DNA of 64,000 nt. It comes from Bacillota bacterium (GTDB taxonomy: Bacteria > Bacillota > Clostridia > Christensenellales > SZUA-584). The stretch spans positions 16,243 through 80,242 of the forward strand of contig JAEWQS010000189.1 of assembly GCA_023399095.1 (NCBI GenBank). Direction: 5' to 3'. Positions 9,741 through 18,194 of the stretch are shown in pieces (positions within the stretch are counted from its first letter, which is position 1; every line of letters begins with the position of its first letter). Both the position numbers and the translations under genes were made by a program. The notes below the pieces were generated by a model. That model saw only the letters and a list, made by a program, of their open reading frames with translations, was not told the origin of the DNA and made no database searches.

Positions 9741-10693
9741 GGAAGATACTTTTAACGAAGAAACTGAAAGAAAACAGCGCGAAGCTGTTCGAAGGCATAC
9801 CGGATATAGATATGGTGACTATACCCGACGGAGAGCAGGTGCAGTTTGACCTCAACATAAGAGACGCCGAGGCTGTACTTTTAAGCACGGCGTACCAGAT
9901 GACAAAAGAGGTCATCGATAATGCGAAGAACTTAAAAGTCATAAGCCGGACGGGAGTCGGCGTCGACAACGTCGATATTAAGGCTGCTACCGAAAAAGGT
10001 ATATTGGTATTGAATACACCCGAGGCCAACTCGATATCGGTGGCCGAGCACACGCTGGCGCTGATAGTCGCGATATCCAAGCAGCTTGTTATGTACGACA
10101 GCGAGCTCAGAGCAGGTAACTTCAAGATACGCAGAACGAACAAAAGCGCCGACATCAACGGCAAGACGCTGGGCCTCGTAGGTTGCGGGAGGATAGGCAG
10201 GTTCACTGCCGAAAAGTGCAAGGCGGCGTTTGATATGCAGGTGATTGGGTACGATCCGTACATAAAGGAACTGCCGGGAATAACACTGTATCCGGATATA
10301 GAAGAAGTGTTCAAACGCGCGGACTACATATCACTGCACATACCTCTGACGAACGAGACGAGGGGCATCGTGGGAGAGAAGCTGCTCTCATTGATGAAGC
10401 CGACCGCGTACATCATCAACACGGCGAGGGGTGGGATTATAGACGAGGCGGACCTCGCGAAGGCGCTGAGAGAAAACAGCATAGCAGGAGCAGCGCTTGA
10501 TGTATTGGAATCCGAGCCGCCAAAAGAGGACAACCCGTTGCTGCCGCTTAAGAACGTGATACTGACGCCGCACAGCGCTGCGCTGACGAAGGAGTGCTCG
10601 GCAAGGGTGGCTTACGAGGCTGCGCTCGGGATATCCGAATACCTGAAAGGCGGTACACCTAGGTTTGTATTCAATAAGGAGCTTATACGATGA
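9737..10693 (+). CDS. D-isomer-specific 2-hydroxyacid dehydrogenase (PGDH/GyaR-like)
   Basis: GLVGCGRIGR NAD motif, INTARGG, and the LTPHSAA catalytic His context. ATGA overlaps at both ends. Confidence 0.85.
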   Translation: MRKILLTKKLKENSAKLFEGIPDIDMVTIPDGEQVQFDLNIRDAEAVLLSTAYQMTKEVIDNAKNLKVISRTGVGVDNVDIKAATEKGILVLNTPEANSISVAEHTLALIVAISKQLVMYDSELRAGNFKIRRTNKSADINGKTLGLVGCGRIGRFTAEKCKAAFDMQVIGYDPYIKELPGITLYPDIEEVFKRADYISLHIPLTNETRGIVGEKLLSLMKPTAYIINTARGGIIDEADLAKALRENSIAGAALDVLESEPPKEDNPLLPLKNVILTPHSAALTKECSARVAYEAALGISEYLKGGTPRFVFNKELIR

Positions 10694-11742
10694 CGAAAAA
10701 ATATGACATGATGGGTTTCGGTGAGGCGATGATACGTTTCAATGCCCCCGAGCATATGAGGCTCGAGCAGTCGAGCTCTCTGCAGCTTGCGATAGCTGCG
10801 GCAGAGCTTAATTGCTGCGTGAATATATCCAGACTGGGTCTTAAAACGGCGTATATAACCAAGCTCGTGGACACGTGGAGCGGAAAATATATCATCAACC
10901 ACGGCAGGGAACACGGCGTTGACATGTCCGGTGTGAAAACGGTGCCATTCGACGGCTGCGGAAAGACGAGAAACGGCTTTTGCTTCCTCGAGGTGGGCAT
11001 AGGCCCGAGGGCGAGCAGACAAATATACGACCGTGGTCACAGTGCGATAAGCAAGGTGGAGCAGGGCGATTTCGACTGGGACGAGATACTGAAGGACACA
11101 AGGTGGTTCCATACCACCGGCATAACGACGGCTATATCTCAAGGAGCTGCGGAGCAGGCAATAGCGTCGCTTAAAGCAGCGAAAAGACTGGGGCTTACGA
11201 CGAGCTTCGATCTTAACTTCCGCTCTACGCTGTGGACGAGCGAACAGGCGCAGGCTACCATGAAGAGTGTGATGCCGTATGTTGACGTCATCATAGGCAA
11301 CGAGGAAGATTTCGAGAAGATGCTCGGCATAAAGGCTGAGGGCACGGGCGAGCACTACGCGAAGATAGACCCTGAAAGCTACAGGGCTGTCGCTGAGAAG
11401 GTGGTCAAGGCATACCCGAACGTCGTCGCGGTTGGGACGACGTTGAGGGAAGTCAAGACTGCGCTGCTAAACGACTGGCGCACGGTCATGATGTACAAGG
11501 GCGGATATTACGTATCGCGCAAGTACGAGAACCTTGAGATAACGGATAGGACGGGTGGAGGAGACAGTTTCGCGTCGTCTATGATGTGGGGCATGCTCGA
11601 GGGCAAAGACCCGCAGTATATCGTTGATTTCTCGGCTGCATACTCCGCGCTGTGCCATACGTTCCTCGGAGACTGGAACTGGGCTTATAAGGAAGAAGCC
11701 GAGAGCGTTATGCGAGGCGAGAGCGCAAGGGTGAAAAGGTAA
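10690..11742 (+). CDS. PfkB-family sugar(-acid) kinase, 2-dehydro-3-deoxygluconokinase-like
   Basis: 350 aa with an N-terminal GEAMIRF and the PfkB signature DRTGGGDSFASS near the C-terminus. Confidence 0.75.
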   Translation: MTKKYDMMGFGEAMIRFNAPEHMRLEQSSSLQLAIAAAELNCCVNISRLGLKTAYITKLVDTWSGKYIINHGREHGVDMSGVKTVPFDGCGKTRNGFCFLEVGIGPRASRQIYDRGHSAISKVEQGDFDWDEILKDTRWFHTTGITTAISQGAAEQAIASLKAAKRLGLTTSFDLNFRSTLWTSEQAQATMKSVMPYVDVIIGNEEDFEKMLGIKAEGTGEHYAKIDPESYRAVAEKVVKAYPNVVAVGTTLREVKTALLNDWRTVMMYKGGYYVSRKYENLEITDRTGGGDSFASSMMWGMLEGKDPQYIVDFSAAYSALCHTFLGDWNWAYKEEAESVMRGESARVKR

Positions 11743-11834
11743 GACTATTATCACATTATATAGCGATAGGGAGATTGGATAAGATATATATAAACACCTC
11801 TTTTTATGTTGGCTGTCCAAAGATTCAATCAAAC

Positions 11835-11863
11835 GTGGCGAAAAACATTGTATTTTTCGCCAC
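11835..11863 (+). terminator. Rho-independent-type terminator after the PfkB operon
   Basis: Perfect 11-bp stem gtggcgaaaaa / tttttcgccac with a 7-nt loop, followed by A/T-rich sequence. Confidence 0.55.
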
Positions 11864-12164
11864 TATTAAATTATTAAGAACTTTAAATTGCCCATGACAT
11901 CTCTCATATACACAAGCTCACCTTCAAACCAAGAATAATAACATATGATTTGCCGTTTTGGGGCTGCGTTGAATGACAACTAACTCAAGATTTCTCTGCG
12001 ACTTAGCGCTCGATTGGCTCAGCATAAGAGAATAATTTATGGTTTAAATGCTAAACAGATACAACATTTTTGTTCATATTTACAGGCTGACCATTAACTG
12101 AGAAGATATGAAAATAATACTGCCCGTTTTTAACGATAAAAATATTTTCAGTGGGCAGGAATAT

Positions 12165-12193
12165 TTGCATTAGTGTCGAATATAAGATAATAT
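12165..12193 (+). promoter_or_regulatory. Candidate sigma-A promoter for the regulator-BMC operon
   Basis: ttgcat, then 17 nt, then taatat, about 35 nt upstream of the SorC-family gene. Confidence 0.3.
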
Positions 12194-12227
12194 AAGCAGT
12201 GAAGATATATTCAAAGGATGAAAAGCT

Positions 12228-13214
12228 TTGGGAAATATGATGGAAAACGCGACGATAAGCGAGATAAATACAATAATACGCATAGCGAAGAAGTACTACG
12301 AGCTTAATTTGTCTCAAGAACAGATAGCTGCGGAGGAAGAGACGTCTATATCCACGGTATCGCGTATTATTAAAAAGGCTGTGACGCTTGGATATGTTAA
12401 GCATGAAATAATATATCCGGTAAGGTCTCTTGCGCTTCAGGAAGAGCTGCTGAAAAAGCACTTCGATATCGAGCACATTTTCATCACGCCGTGTTTTGTG
12501 AATGACGTCAGCATATGCATGACGGATACTTGCAAGATGGTTGCCGAAGATCTAAGCAAGATAGTATCAGACAATGATATCGTCAGCGTTTCGTGGGGCA
12601 GGACGATGGAGCACTTATCGTCACTTCTCGTGCCGCCCGCAACCACGAAAAAAGGGATAACAATCGTGCAGCTCAACGGCTCTATTGCCACCAGCGTATT
12701 GTCAACAAAGACTGCGGGTCTGCTCGAAAAGTTTACGCAGGCATATGCGGGTGTGGGGTATATAATAGCCGCGCCGGCTCTCGTAGACGATGAAAAGATT
12801 GCAAACGAAATAAAGCGGGATTCGCGTATCAAGCTGGTGCTTGAGCTGGCAAGGGAGGCGAATATCGCCGTTTTCAGCATAGGGCAGACGTCTGAGAATT
12901 CGGTGCTGGTCGAGCGCTCGACAGTCACAGAGGAAAATATTAAGGCACTGCGCGAAGCCGGCGCTGTCGGCGATATATGCACAAGGTTTTTTGACATAAG
13001 CGGAGATCTCGTAGACAATGGATATAACGCGAGGACGATCGGCATTGAGCTTCACGAGCTTAAGAAAAAGAAGCACAGGATAGGGATAGCGGTCGGGGCA
13101 GAGAAAGCCGACGCCATAATCGGAGCGCTAAGAGGCGGGTATATGACGACTTTGTATACGGATGAGATAACCGCCCTTAATATTTTAAAACGGTGCGAAG
13201 AGTATAATTTATAA
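12228..13214 (+). CDS. SorC/DeoR(Bsu)/CggR-family sugar-phosphate-sensing transcriptional regulator
   Basis: N-terminal HTH (LSQEQIAAEEETSISTVSRIIKKA) and a C-terminal sugar-binding domain (VSVSWGRT, VQLNGS). The start may be ATG 12237/12240 rather than TTG 12228. It lies 33 nt upstream of DERA-1. Confidence 0.8.
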   Translation: MGNMMENATISEINTIIRIAKKYYELNLSQEQIAAEEETSISTVSRIIKKAVTLGYVKHEIIYPVRSLALQEELLKKHFDIEHIFITPCFVNDVSICMTDTCKMVAEDLSKIVSDNDIVSVSWGRTMEHLSSLLVPPATTKKGITIVQLNGSIATSVLSTKTAGLLEKFTQAYAGVGYIIAAPALVDDEKIANEIKRDSRIKLVLELAREANIAVFSIGQTSENSVLVERSTVTEENIKALREAGAVGDICTRFFDISGDLVDNGYNARTIGIELHELKKKKHRIGIAVGAEKADAIIGALRGGYMTTLYTDEITALNILKRCEEYNL

Positions 13215-13247
13215 ACAAAATGATAAAACAATTCGGAGGGAGATTTT

Positions 13248-14078
13248 ATGGACATAAACGAACTGATCAAGAAAGTAACTGAAGAAGTCTGTGCGCAGCT
13301 TAATGGCAAGCCGCAAACGTCACCGGCGGCAGCAAACGAATTTGCGCCCGCATCGCTGGCTAAGTACGTTGACCACACTCTTTTAAAGCCTGAGGCATCC
13401 GAAGCGGATGTGAGAAAGGTCTGTGACGAGGCTAAGAAGTATAACTTCGCGAGCGTATGCGTAAACCCGAACCACATCAAATTTGTGGCAGAACAGCTTT
13501 CGGGCAGCGGAGTGGCACCCTGTGTCGTCATCGGCTTCCCGCTCGGCGCAACGACGCCTGAAGTTAAGGCGGAAGAGACTCAGGCCGTATTGCTGATGGG
13601 CGCAAAAGAAGTGGATATGGTCGTGAATATAGGCGCGATCAAATCGGACAACTGGCAGCTTGTTAAAAGGGACATCGAAGCTGTGGTGACAGCGGCAAAG
13701 GGCAGAGGGCTCGTCAAGGTCATCATTGAGACATGCCTGCTGACAGACGAGGAGAAGGTAAAGGTCTGCGCTATAGCGAAGATGGTGGGCGCGGATTTTG
13801 TAAAGACTTCTACCGGTTTCTCAAAGGGCGGAGCTACAAAAGAAGACGTCGCTCTGATGCGCCAGACTGTAGGCCCTCATATGGGAGTTAAGGCATCGGG
13901 AGGCGTTCGCGATTACGAAACTGCAGTTGCGATGATAAAGGCGGGCGCGACAAGGCTGGGAACAAGCTCGGGCGTGACTATCGTATCGGGCGGCGGCAAG
14001 GCTTGCGTAAACTGCGGACAGTGCGCATCGGGCAATTGCCCGGCTGGCAATGTAGCGGTAATTAAAGACACATACTAA
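13248..14078 (+). CDS. deoC: Deoxyribose-phosphate aldolase (DERA-1) with an N-terminal encapsulation-peptide-like helix and a C-terminal Cys-rich tail
   Basis: The core is canonical: [65 protein letters not shown]. The extra N-terminus is [18 protein letters not shown] plus a PA-rich linker. The extra C-terminus is [13 protein letters not shown]. Confidence 0.9.
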   Translation: MDINELIKKVTEEVCAQLNGKPQTSPAAANEFAPASLAKYVDHTLLKPEASEADVRKVCDEAKKYNFASVCVNPNHIKFVAEQLSGSGVAPCVVIGFPLGATTPEVKAEETQAVLLMGAKEVDMVVNIGAIKSDNWQLVKRDIEAVVTAAKGRGLVKVIIETCLLTDEEKVKVCAIAKMVGADFVKTSTGFSKGGATKEDVALMRQTVGPHMGVKASGGVRDYETAVAMIKAGATRLGTSSGVTIVSGGGKACVNCGQCASGNCPAGNVAVIKDTY

Positions 14079-14103
14079 TTGAATGTAATTTAAGGAGTTT
14101 AAT

Positions 14104-15162
14104 ATGAGCAGCATGATGAAGGCAGTAAGGATGTACGCACCCAGGGATCTGAGGTTAGAGCAGGTTCCCGTTCCCGAGATCAAGGAGAACGAGGTACTGA
14201 TTAAGGTTATGGCCGTAGGCGTATGCGGATCGGACATTCCGCGCATCAACCAGTATGGCGCATATATAGCGCCCATAACTCCGGGTCATGAGTTTGCGGG
14301 CGAGATTGTCAAGACCGGCGCTGATGTTAAGAGCTATAAGGACGGCGATCGCGTTACGGTAGCGCCGCTGATGCCTTGCTTTAAGTGCGAGTATTGCCAG
14401 CAGGGGCACTTCTCGCTGTGCGTAGACTACAACTATTTCGGCTCGCGCTGCGACGGTGCTTTCGCCCAGTACCTTGCCGTTCCCGAGATCAATCTTGTCA
14501 AGATAGCCGACAACGTGACATATGAGGCTGCGGCGACGACAGATCCCCTTGCGAACGCGCTGCACTCTATCAAGCGCGGCGGTTTTAAAGCTGGCGACAA
14601 GGTATGCGTAGTGGGAACAGGACCTATCGGGCTTTATGCGCTTCAGTACATGAAAGCGAAGGGCGCTGCCAAGGTGGTCGCGGTAGACGTTTCGGAAGAA
14701 AAGCGCAAGGTCGCTCTCAATTGCGGAGCGGATGTGGCAATAGACGGAACTGCCGAGGACGTCGTCGAGCAGATAATTAAAGCAACGGACGGCGGAGCGG
14801 ATCTTTGTATAGACGCTTCCGGATTTCCTCCGGCACAGCACAACGCGATAATGGCGACCGGCAAGCACGGCAGGATGGTATTCCTCGGGATATCGCACAA
14901 GCCGTTGGAGCTGTCTGAAAAGTGTGTCGATCAGATAATGAGGTTTGAGAAGCAGGTAATAGGATCGTGGAATTCGTTCTCGAAGCCGTTCCCAGGATGG
15001 GAATGGACGCATGGAGTGGAAAGCCTCGCGGATGGAACGATAGACGCCGAGAAGATAATCACGCACAAGCTTCGTCTTGAAGACGTGCCGGGCATATTTG
15101 ACAAAATATATAAGAAGGAACTGTTCTTTAACAAGATACTGTTTCTGCCCTGGGCGGAATAA
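14104..15162 (+). CDS. Zn-dependent MDR dehydrogenase, galactitol-1-phosphate 5-dehydrogenase (GatD)-like
   Basis: GVCGSDIPRI...PITPGHEFAGE, PLMPCFKCEYCQQGHFSLC, YFGSRCDGAFAQY, VVGTGPIGL. The pattern matches sugar-alcohol(-phosphate) dehydrogenases. Confidence 0.75.
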   Translation: MSSMMKAVRMYAPRDLRLEQVPVPEIKENEVLIKVMAVGVCGSDIPRINQYGAYIAPITPGHEFAGEIVKTGADVKSYKDGDRVTVAPLMPCFKCEYCQQGHFSLCVDYNYFGSRCDGAFAQYLAVPEINLVKIADNVTYEAAATTDPLANALHSIKRGGFKAGDKVCVVGTGPIGLYALQYMKAKGAAKVVAVDVSEEKRKVALNCGADVAIDGTAEDVVEQIIKATDGGADLCIDASGFPPAQHNAIMATGKHGRMVFLGISHKPLELSEKCVDQIMRFEKQVIGSWNSFSKPFPGWEWTHGVESLADGTIDAEKIITHKLRLEDVPGIFDKIYKKELFFNKILFLPWAE

Positions 15163-15180
15163 ACGGACATAGGAGGGAAA

Positions 15181-16212
15181 ATGAAAGCATTCGTATATCA
15201 CGGAGAAAAGAACTTCTCTATCGATCAGATAGAAAAACCTGTGGCCGAGGCGGGTGAAGCGGTTGCAAAGGTTTTGTGTGCTTCGATATGCGGCACTGAC
15301 CTTCGCACATACAGGTTTGGCAGCGCCAAACTGAAGACGCCAGTAACTATAGGCCACGAAGGATGTTATGAGATTGTAGAAGTCGGCGAAGGCACGGGCT
15401 TAACCGTGGGAGAACGGTATACAATGGCGCCTGCCATAGGCTGCGGAGAGTGCAAAAACTGCAAAAGAGAGCGCACAAATATGTGCTTGAGCCTTGAGAC
15501 TATCGGCTTCCAGTTTGCGGGTACGTTCTCGGAATACATCAAAATACCTAAAAAGGCTATAGAGCGGGGGCATCTCATTAAGGTGCCGGAGGGCATATCG
15601 GTGGAGGCCGCGAGCGTCGCCGAACCGATCGCATGCGCTATAAACGCGCAAAGCTTCTTGAATATAGAGAGGGGCGACAACGTACTCATATACGGCGCGG
15701 GATACCTCGGATGCATACACGCAGAGCTGGCCTTTATGAAGGGCGCGGGCAAGGTCATTATAGGAGAGGTTTCCGAGAAGCGGCGCGTCAGCGCAGGCAG
15801 GCTCGTACCTAAGGCCCACATCGTCGATACGAAAGACGCGGGTTACGTGGAGCTTATAAAGAACATCGTAGGCACAGACGGAGTGGACGTTGTTATAACG
15901 GCATGCCCCGCAGGAATAACGCATAAGCAGGGCCTCGAGCTATTGAGTAACAACGGTCGTATAAGTCTGTTTGGAGGGCTTCCGGGCGACAACAATTTTC
16001 ATATCGACAGCAACCTTATTCACTATAAGGAACTCGGTGTGTTCGGGGCGCATGCTTCGACCGTCAAGCAGAACAAGGAAGCGCTCGAGCTGATAGCAAC
16101 TGGTAAGCTTGAAGTTGAAAAGTACATCACCAAGTTTGCTTTCGATGACATAGTAAAGGCGTTTGAGAGCCTTATAAGCGAGGACGCCGAGAAGGCGGTC
16201 GTCATTCCGTAA
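15181..16212 (+). CDS. Zn-dependent MDR dehydrogenase (sorbitol/threonine dehydrogenase-like)
   Basis: ICGTDLR, IGHEG, the structural-Zn Cys cluster GCGECKNCKRERTNMC, and GAGYLG. Confidence 0.8.
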   Translation: MKAFVYHGEKNFSIDQIEKPVAEAGEAVAKVLCASICGTDLRTYRFGSAKLKTPVTIGHEGCYEIVEVGEGTGLTVGERYTMAPAIGCGECKNCKRERTNMCLSLETIGFQFAGTFSEYIKIPKKAIERGHLIKVPEGISVEAASVAEPIACAINAQSFLNIERGDNVLIYGAGYLGCIHAELAFMKGAGKVIIGEVSEKRRVSAGRLVPKAHIVDTKDAGYVELIKNIVGTDGVDVVITACPAGITHKQGLELLSNNGRISLFGGLPGDNNFHIDSNLIHYKELGVFGAHASTVKQNKEALELIATGKLEVEKYITKFAFDDIVKAFESLISEDAEKAVVIP

Positions 16213-16267
16213 TACGGAATGCAAGAGACGTAAATACGAATACAACAAATTTTAAAGGAGAATTAAA

Positions 16268-16540
16268 ATGGACAAACAGGCACTCGGAATGGTTGAAACA
16301 AAGGGTCTTATCGGCGCAATAGAAGCGGCTGATGCAATGGTAAAAGCGGCGAACGTGACGCTTATTGGCAAAGAGCAGATAGGCTCGGGGCTCGTAACGG
16401 TTATGGTGAGAGGCGATGTTGGAGCGGTAAAGGCGGCTGTTGATGCCGGTGCGGCTGCTGCAAAGCGCGTGGGAGAATTGGTATCTGTACACGTTATACC
16501 CCGCCCGCATCAGGATGTTGAAGGCATACTGCCCAGATAA
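16268..16540 (+). CDS. BMC-H hexameric shell protein (PduA/EutM type), copy 1
   Basis: [26 protein letters not shown]...[18 protein letters not shown]...VHVIPRPH is a single Pfam00936-type domain. Confidence 0.95.
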   Translation: MDKQALGMVETKGLIGAIEAADAMVKAANVTLIGKEQIGSGLVTVMVRGDVGAVKAAVDAGAAAAKRVGELVSVHVIPRPHQDVEGILPR

Positions 16541-16557
16541 CTGTTTAAAACGGAGAG

Positions 16558-17199
16558 TTGAAGTTGAACGAGCAAACGCTTATACGTACGATCACATTAG
16601 CAACAGTAAAGCAATTCGCGCTGGCGGGGAAAGGTTTTTTCCCCGCAGCGGTATCGGCGCGCCATGTGCACCTTTGCGCGGCGGACATTGAGACGCTTTT
16701 CGGCAAAGGACATAAGCTTGTTAAACTGCGGGACCTTATGCAGCCCGGACAATTTGCGTGCGAAGAGCAGGTGACTCTGGTCGGTAAAAAAGGGCGGATC
16801 GAGAAAATTCGCGTTCTGGGGCCGGCAAGACGCGAGACGCAGGTAGAGATATCGGTAACGGACTGCTATAAGGCAGGCATCGAGCCTGTGGTGCGCATGT
16901 CGGGTGATCTTGACAACACTCCCGGAGGCAAGCTTATAGGCCCGGCGGGAGAAGTCGATCTATCAAAAGGCGTCATCGTATCCGCAAGGCATCTGCATGC
17001 GACGGCGGAGCAGGCAGCGTGGTATGGACTTAAAAACGGTGATATTATAGCCGTAAAGAAAACGGGCGTCAGGGAAACGGTGTTTGGCAATATCGTTGTG
17101 CGCACAGGGAAGGAACACGACCTTGAGCTGCATTTTGATCCCGATGAAGCAAACGCGGCAGGACTAAAATCGGGCGATATGCTGGAGCTGGTGAAATGA
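16558..17199 (+). CDS. pduL: Phosphate acyltransferase PduL
   Basis: Two PduL repeats (AVSARHVHL and VSARHLHAT). The N-terminal amphipathic segment NEQTLIRTITLATVKQFA looks like an encapsulation peptide. TTG 16564 (6 nt after ggagag) may be the real start. Confidence 0.85.
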   Translation: MKLNEQTLIRTITLATVKQFALAGKGFFPAAVSARHVHLCAADIETLFGKGHKLVKLRDLMQPGQFACEEQVTLVGKKGRIEKIRVLGPARRETQVEISVTDCYKAGIEPVVRMSGDLDNTPGGKLIGPAGEVDLSKGVIVSARHLHATAEQAAWYGLKNGDIIAVKKTGVRETVFGNIVVRTGKEHDLELHFDPDEANAAGLKSGDMLELVK

Positions 17200-17209
17200 G
17201 AGGCGGAAA

Positions 17210-17863
17210 ATGAACTATAGCGCGCAAGACATACAGGAACTAATACGGCGCGTCACAGAAGAGATATTAAGCGGACAGACGCAGATGCAAAGCGGCAGTT
17301 TGGCCGTGCTCTGCGGCATCGTTTTCGACCCGCAGGGCGTGAGAGAGTTCTTAGCGGATAAAAACGTCACATATGCGCTGCCAGACGATATGCCGCCTCT
17401 TGTTGAGGGCTGCAAGGCGCTGAAGCTTGAGGCGGACAAACGCGAGATACTTGAAGGGCTGGCAGATTTTGAAGAGGTCGTGCTCGTCACGCCGCCGCTG
17501 TCGCTTCTGGCCGCAATTGCGGCAGCCGACGATACGTCTTTGACTGCGTCACTTATCATCAGGCCTCTGCTCTGGGGCAAGGCTGTGACCGTGCTGCTCG
17601 ACTTTGAAACGCCCAAGTACATGCGGGGCACAGCGCTTGCGGTTATAGCGGACAACATAAATGCGCTCGAAAAGATGGGTGTCATTGTGAAAACGCTGGC
17701 GCGCAAAAACATCAAGAAACAGGGCAAAGCGCTTGTAACCGAACAGGATGTCAAGGACGCGTACAAGGACGGCAGCATGAAGGTGAAGATGGAGCCGGGA
17801 GCAATAGTCACGCAGCTCGCGCAGGATACAGCAAAAGAGTGCGGCGTGAGCATCGAATATTAG
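17210..17863 (+). CDS. BMC-associated protein of unknown function with an encapsulation-peptide-like N-terminus (possibly PduM-like)
   Basis: 217 aa. The N-terminus is MNYSAQDIQELIRRVTEEIL followed by a Q/S/G linker. No catalytic motif recognised. It sits between pduL and a BMC-P gene. Confidence 0.55.
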   Translation: MNYSAQDIQELIRRVTEEILSGQTQMQSGSLAVLCGIVFDPQGVREFLADKNVTYALPDDMPPLVEGCKALKLEADKREILEGLADFEEVVLVTPPLSLLAAIAAADDTSLTASLIIRPLLWGKAVTVLLDFETPKYMRGTALAVIADNINALEKMGVIVKTLARKNIKKQGKALVTEQDVKDAYKDGSMKVKMEPGAIVTQLAQDTAKECGVSIEY

Positions 17864-17873
17864 GAGATATGAT

Positions 17874-18194
17874 ATGCAGATAGCAAGAGTAAAGGGAAGC
17901 GTTGTCAGCACTAACAAAGCCGAAAAGCTGCATGGCTTAAAGCTGCTGATCGTCGTTCCCATAGAACTCGCTACATTTGAAGAAAAAGGGTCACCGATAG
18001 TCGCTATTGACACCGTGGGCGCGGGAGCGGGAGAGGTCGTCATGCTGTGCGGCGGAAGCTCGTCGCGGCAGACGGTGCTGACTGAGAATAAACCGTCGGA
18101 TATGGCTATCGTCGCCATAATTGACTCTATAGAGATAGAAGGAAAAACAGTATTCCGCAAGTTTGAAGAATCGGATCGGGGTGAGGACAAATGA
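17874..18194 (+). CDS. BMC-P pentameric vertex protein (EutN/CcmL/PduN type), copy 1
   Basis: MQIARVKGSVVSTNK...LKLLIV...AIDTVGAGAGEVV pattern of Pfam03319. 106 aa with an acidic C-terminal tail. Confidence 0.9.
   Translation: MQIARVKGSVVSTNKAEKLHGLKLLIVVPIELATFEEKGSPIVAIDTVGAGAGEVVMLCGGSSSRQTVLTENKPSDMAIVAIIDSIEIEGKTVFRKFEESDRGEDK

Noticed and set aside
14155-15357. 400-aa ORF on the minus strand, spanning both Zn-dehydrogenase genes
   Set aside because: It is antisense to two genes with strong family motifs. The product is Arg/Leu/His/Tyr-rich with no recognisable domain and no RBS. This is the typical shadow ORF of codon-biased, GC-richer coding DNA.
16440-16691. 83-aa ORF overlapping the BMC-H 3' end and the pduL 5' end
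   Set aside because: It is out of frame with two well-supported genes and has no RBS or motif.
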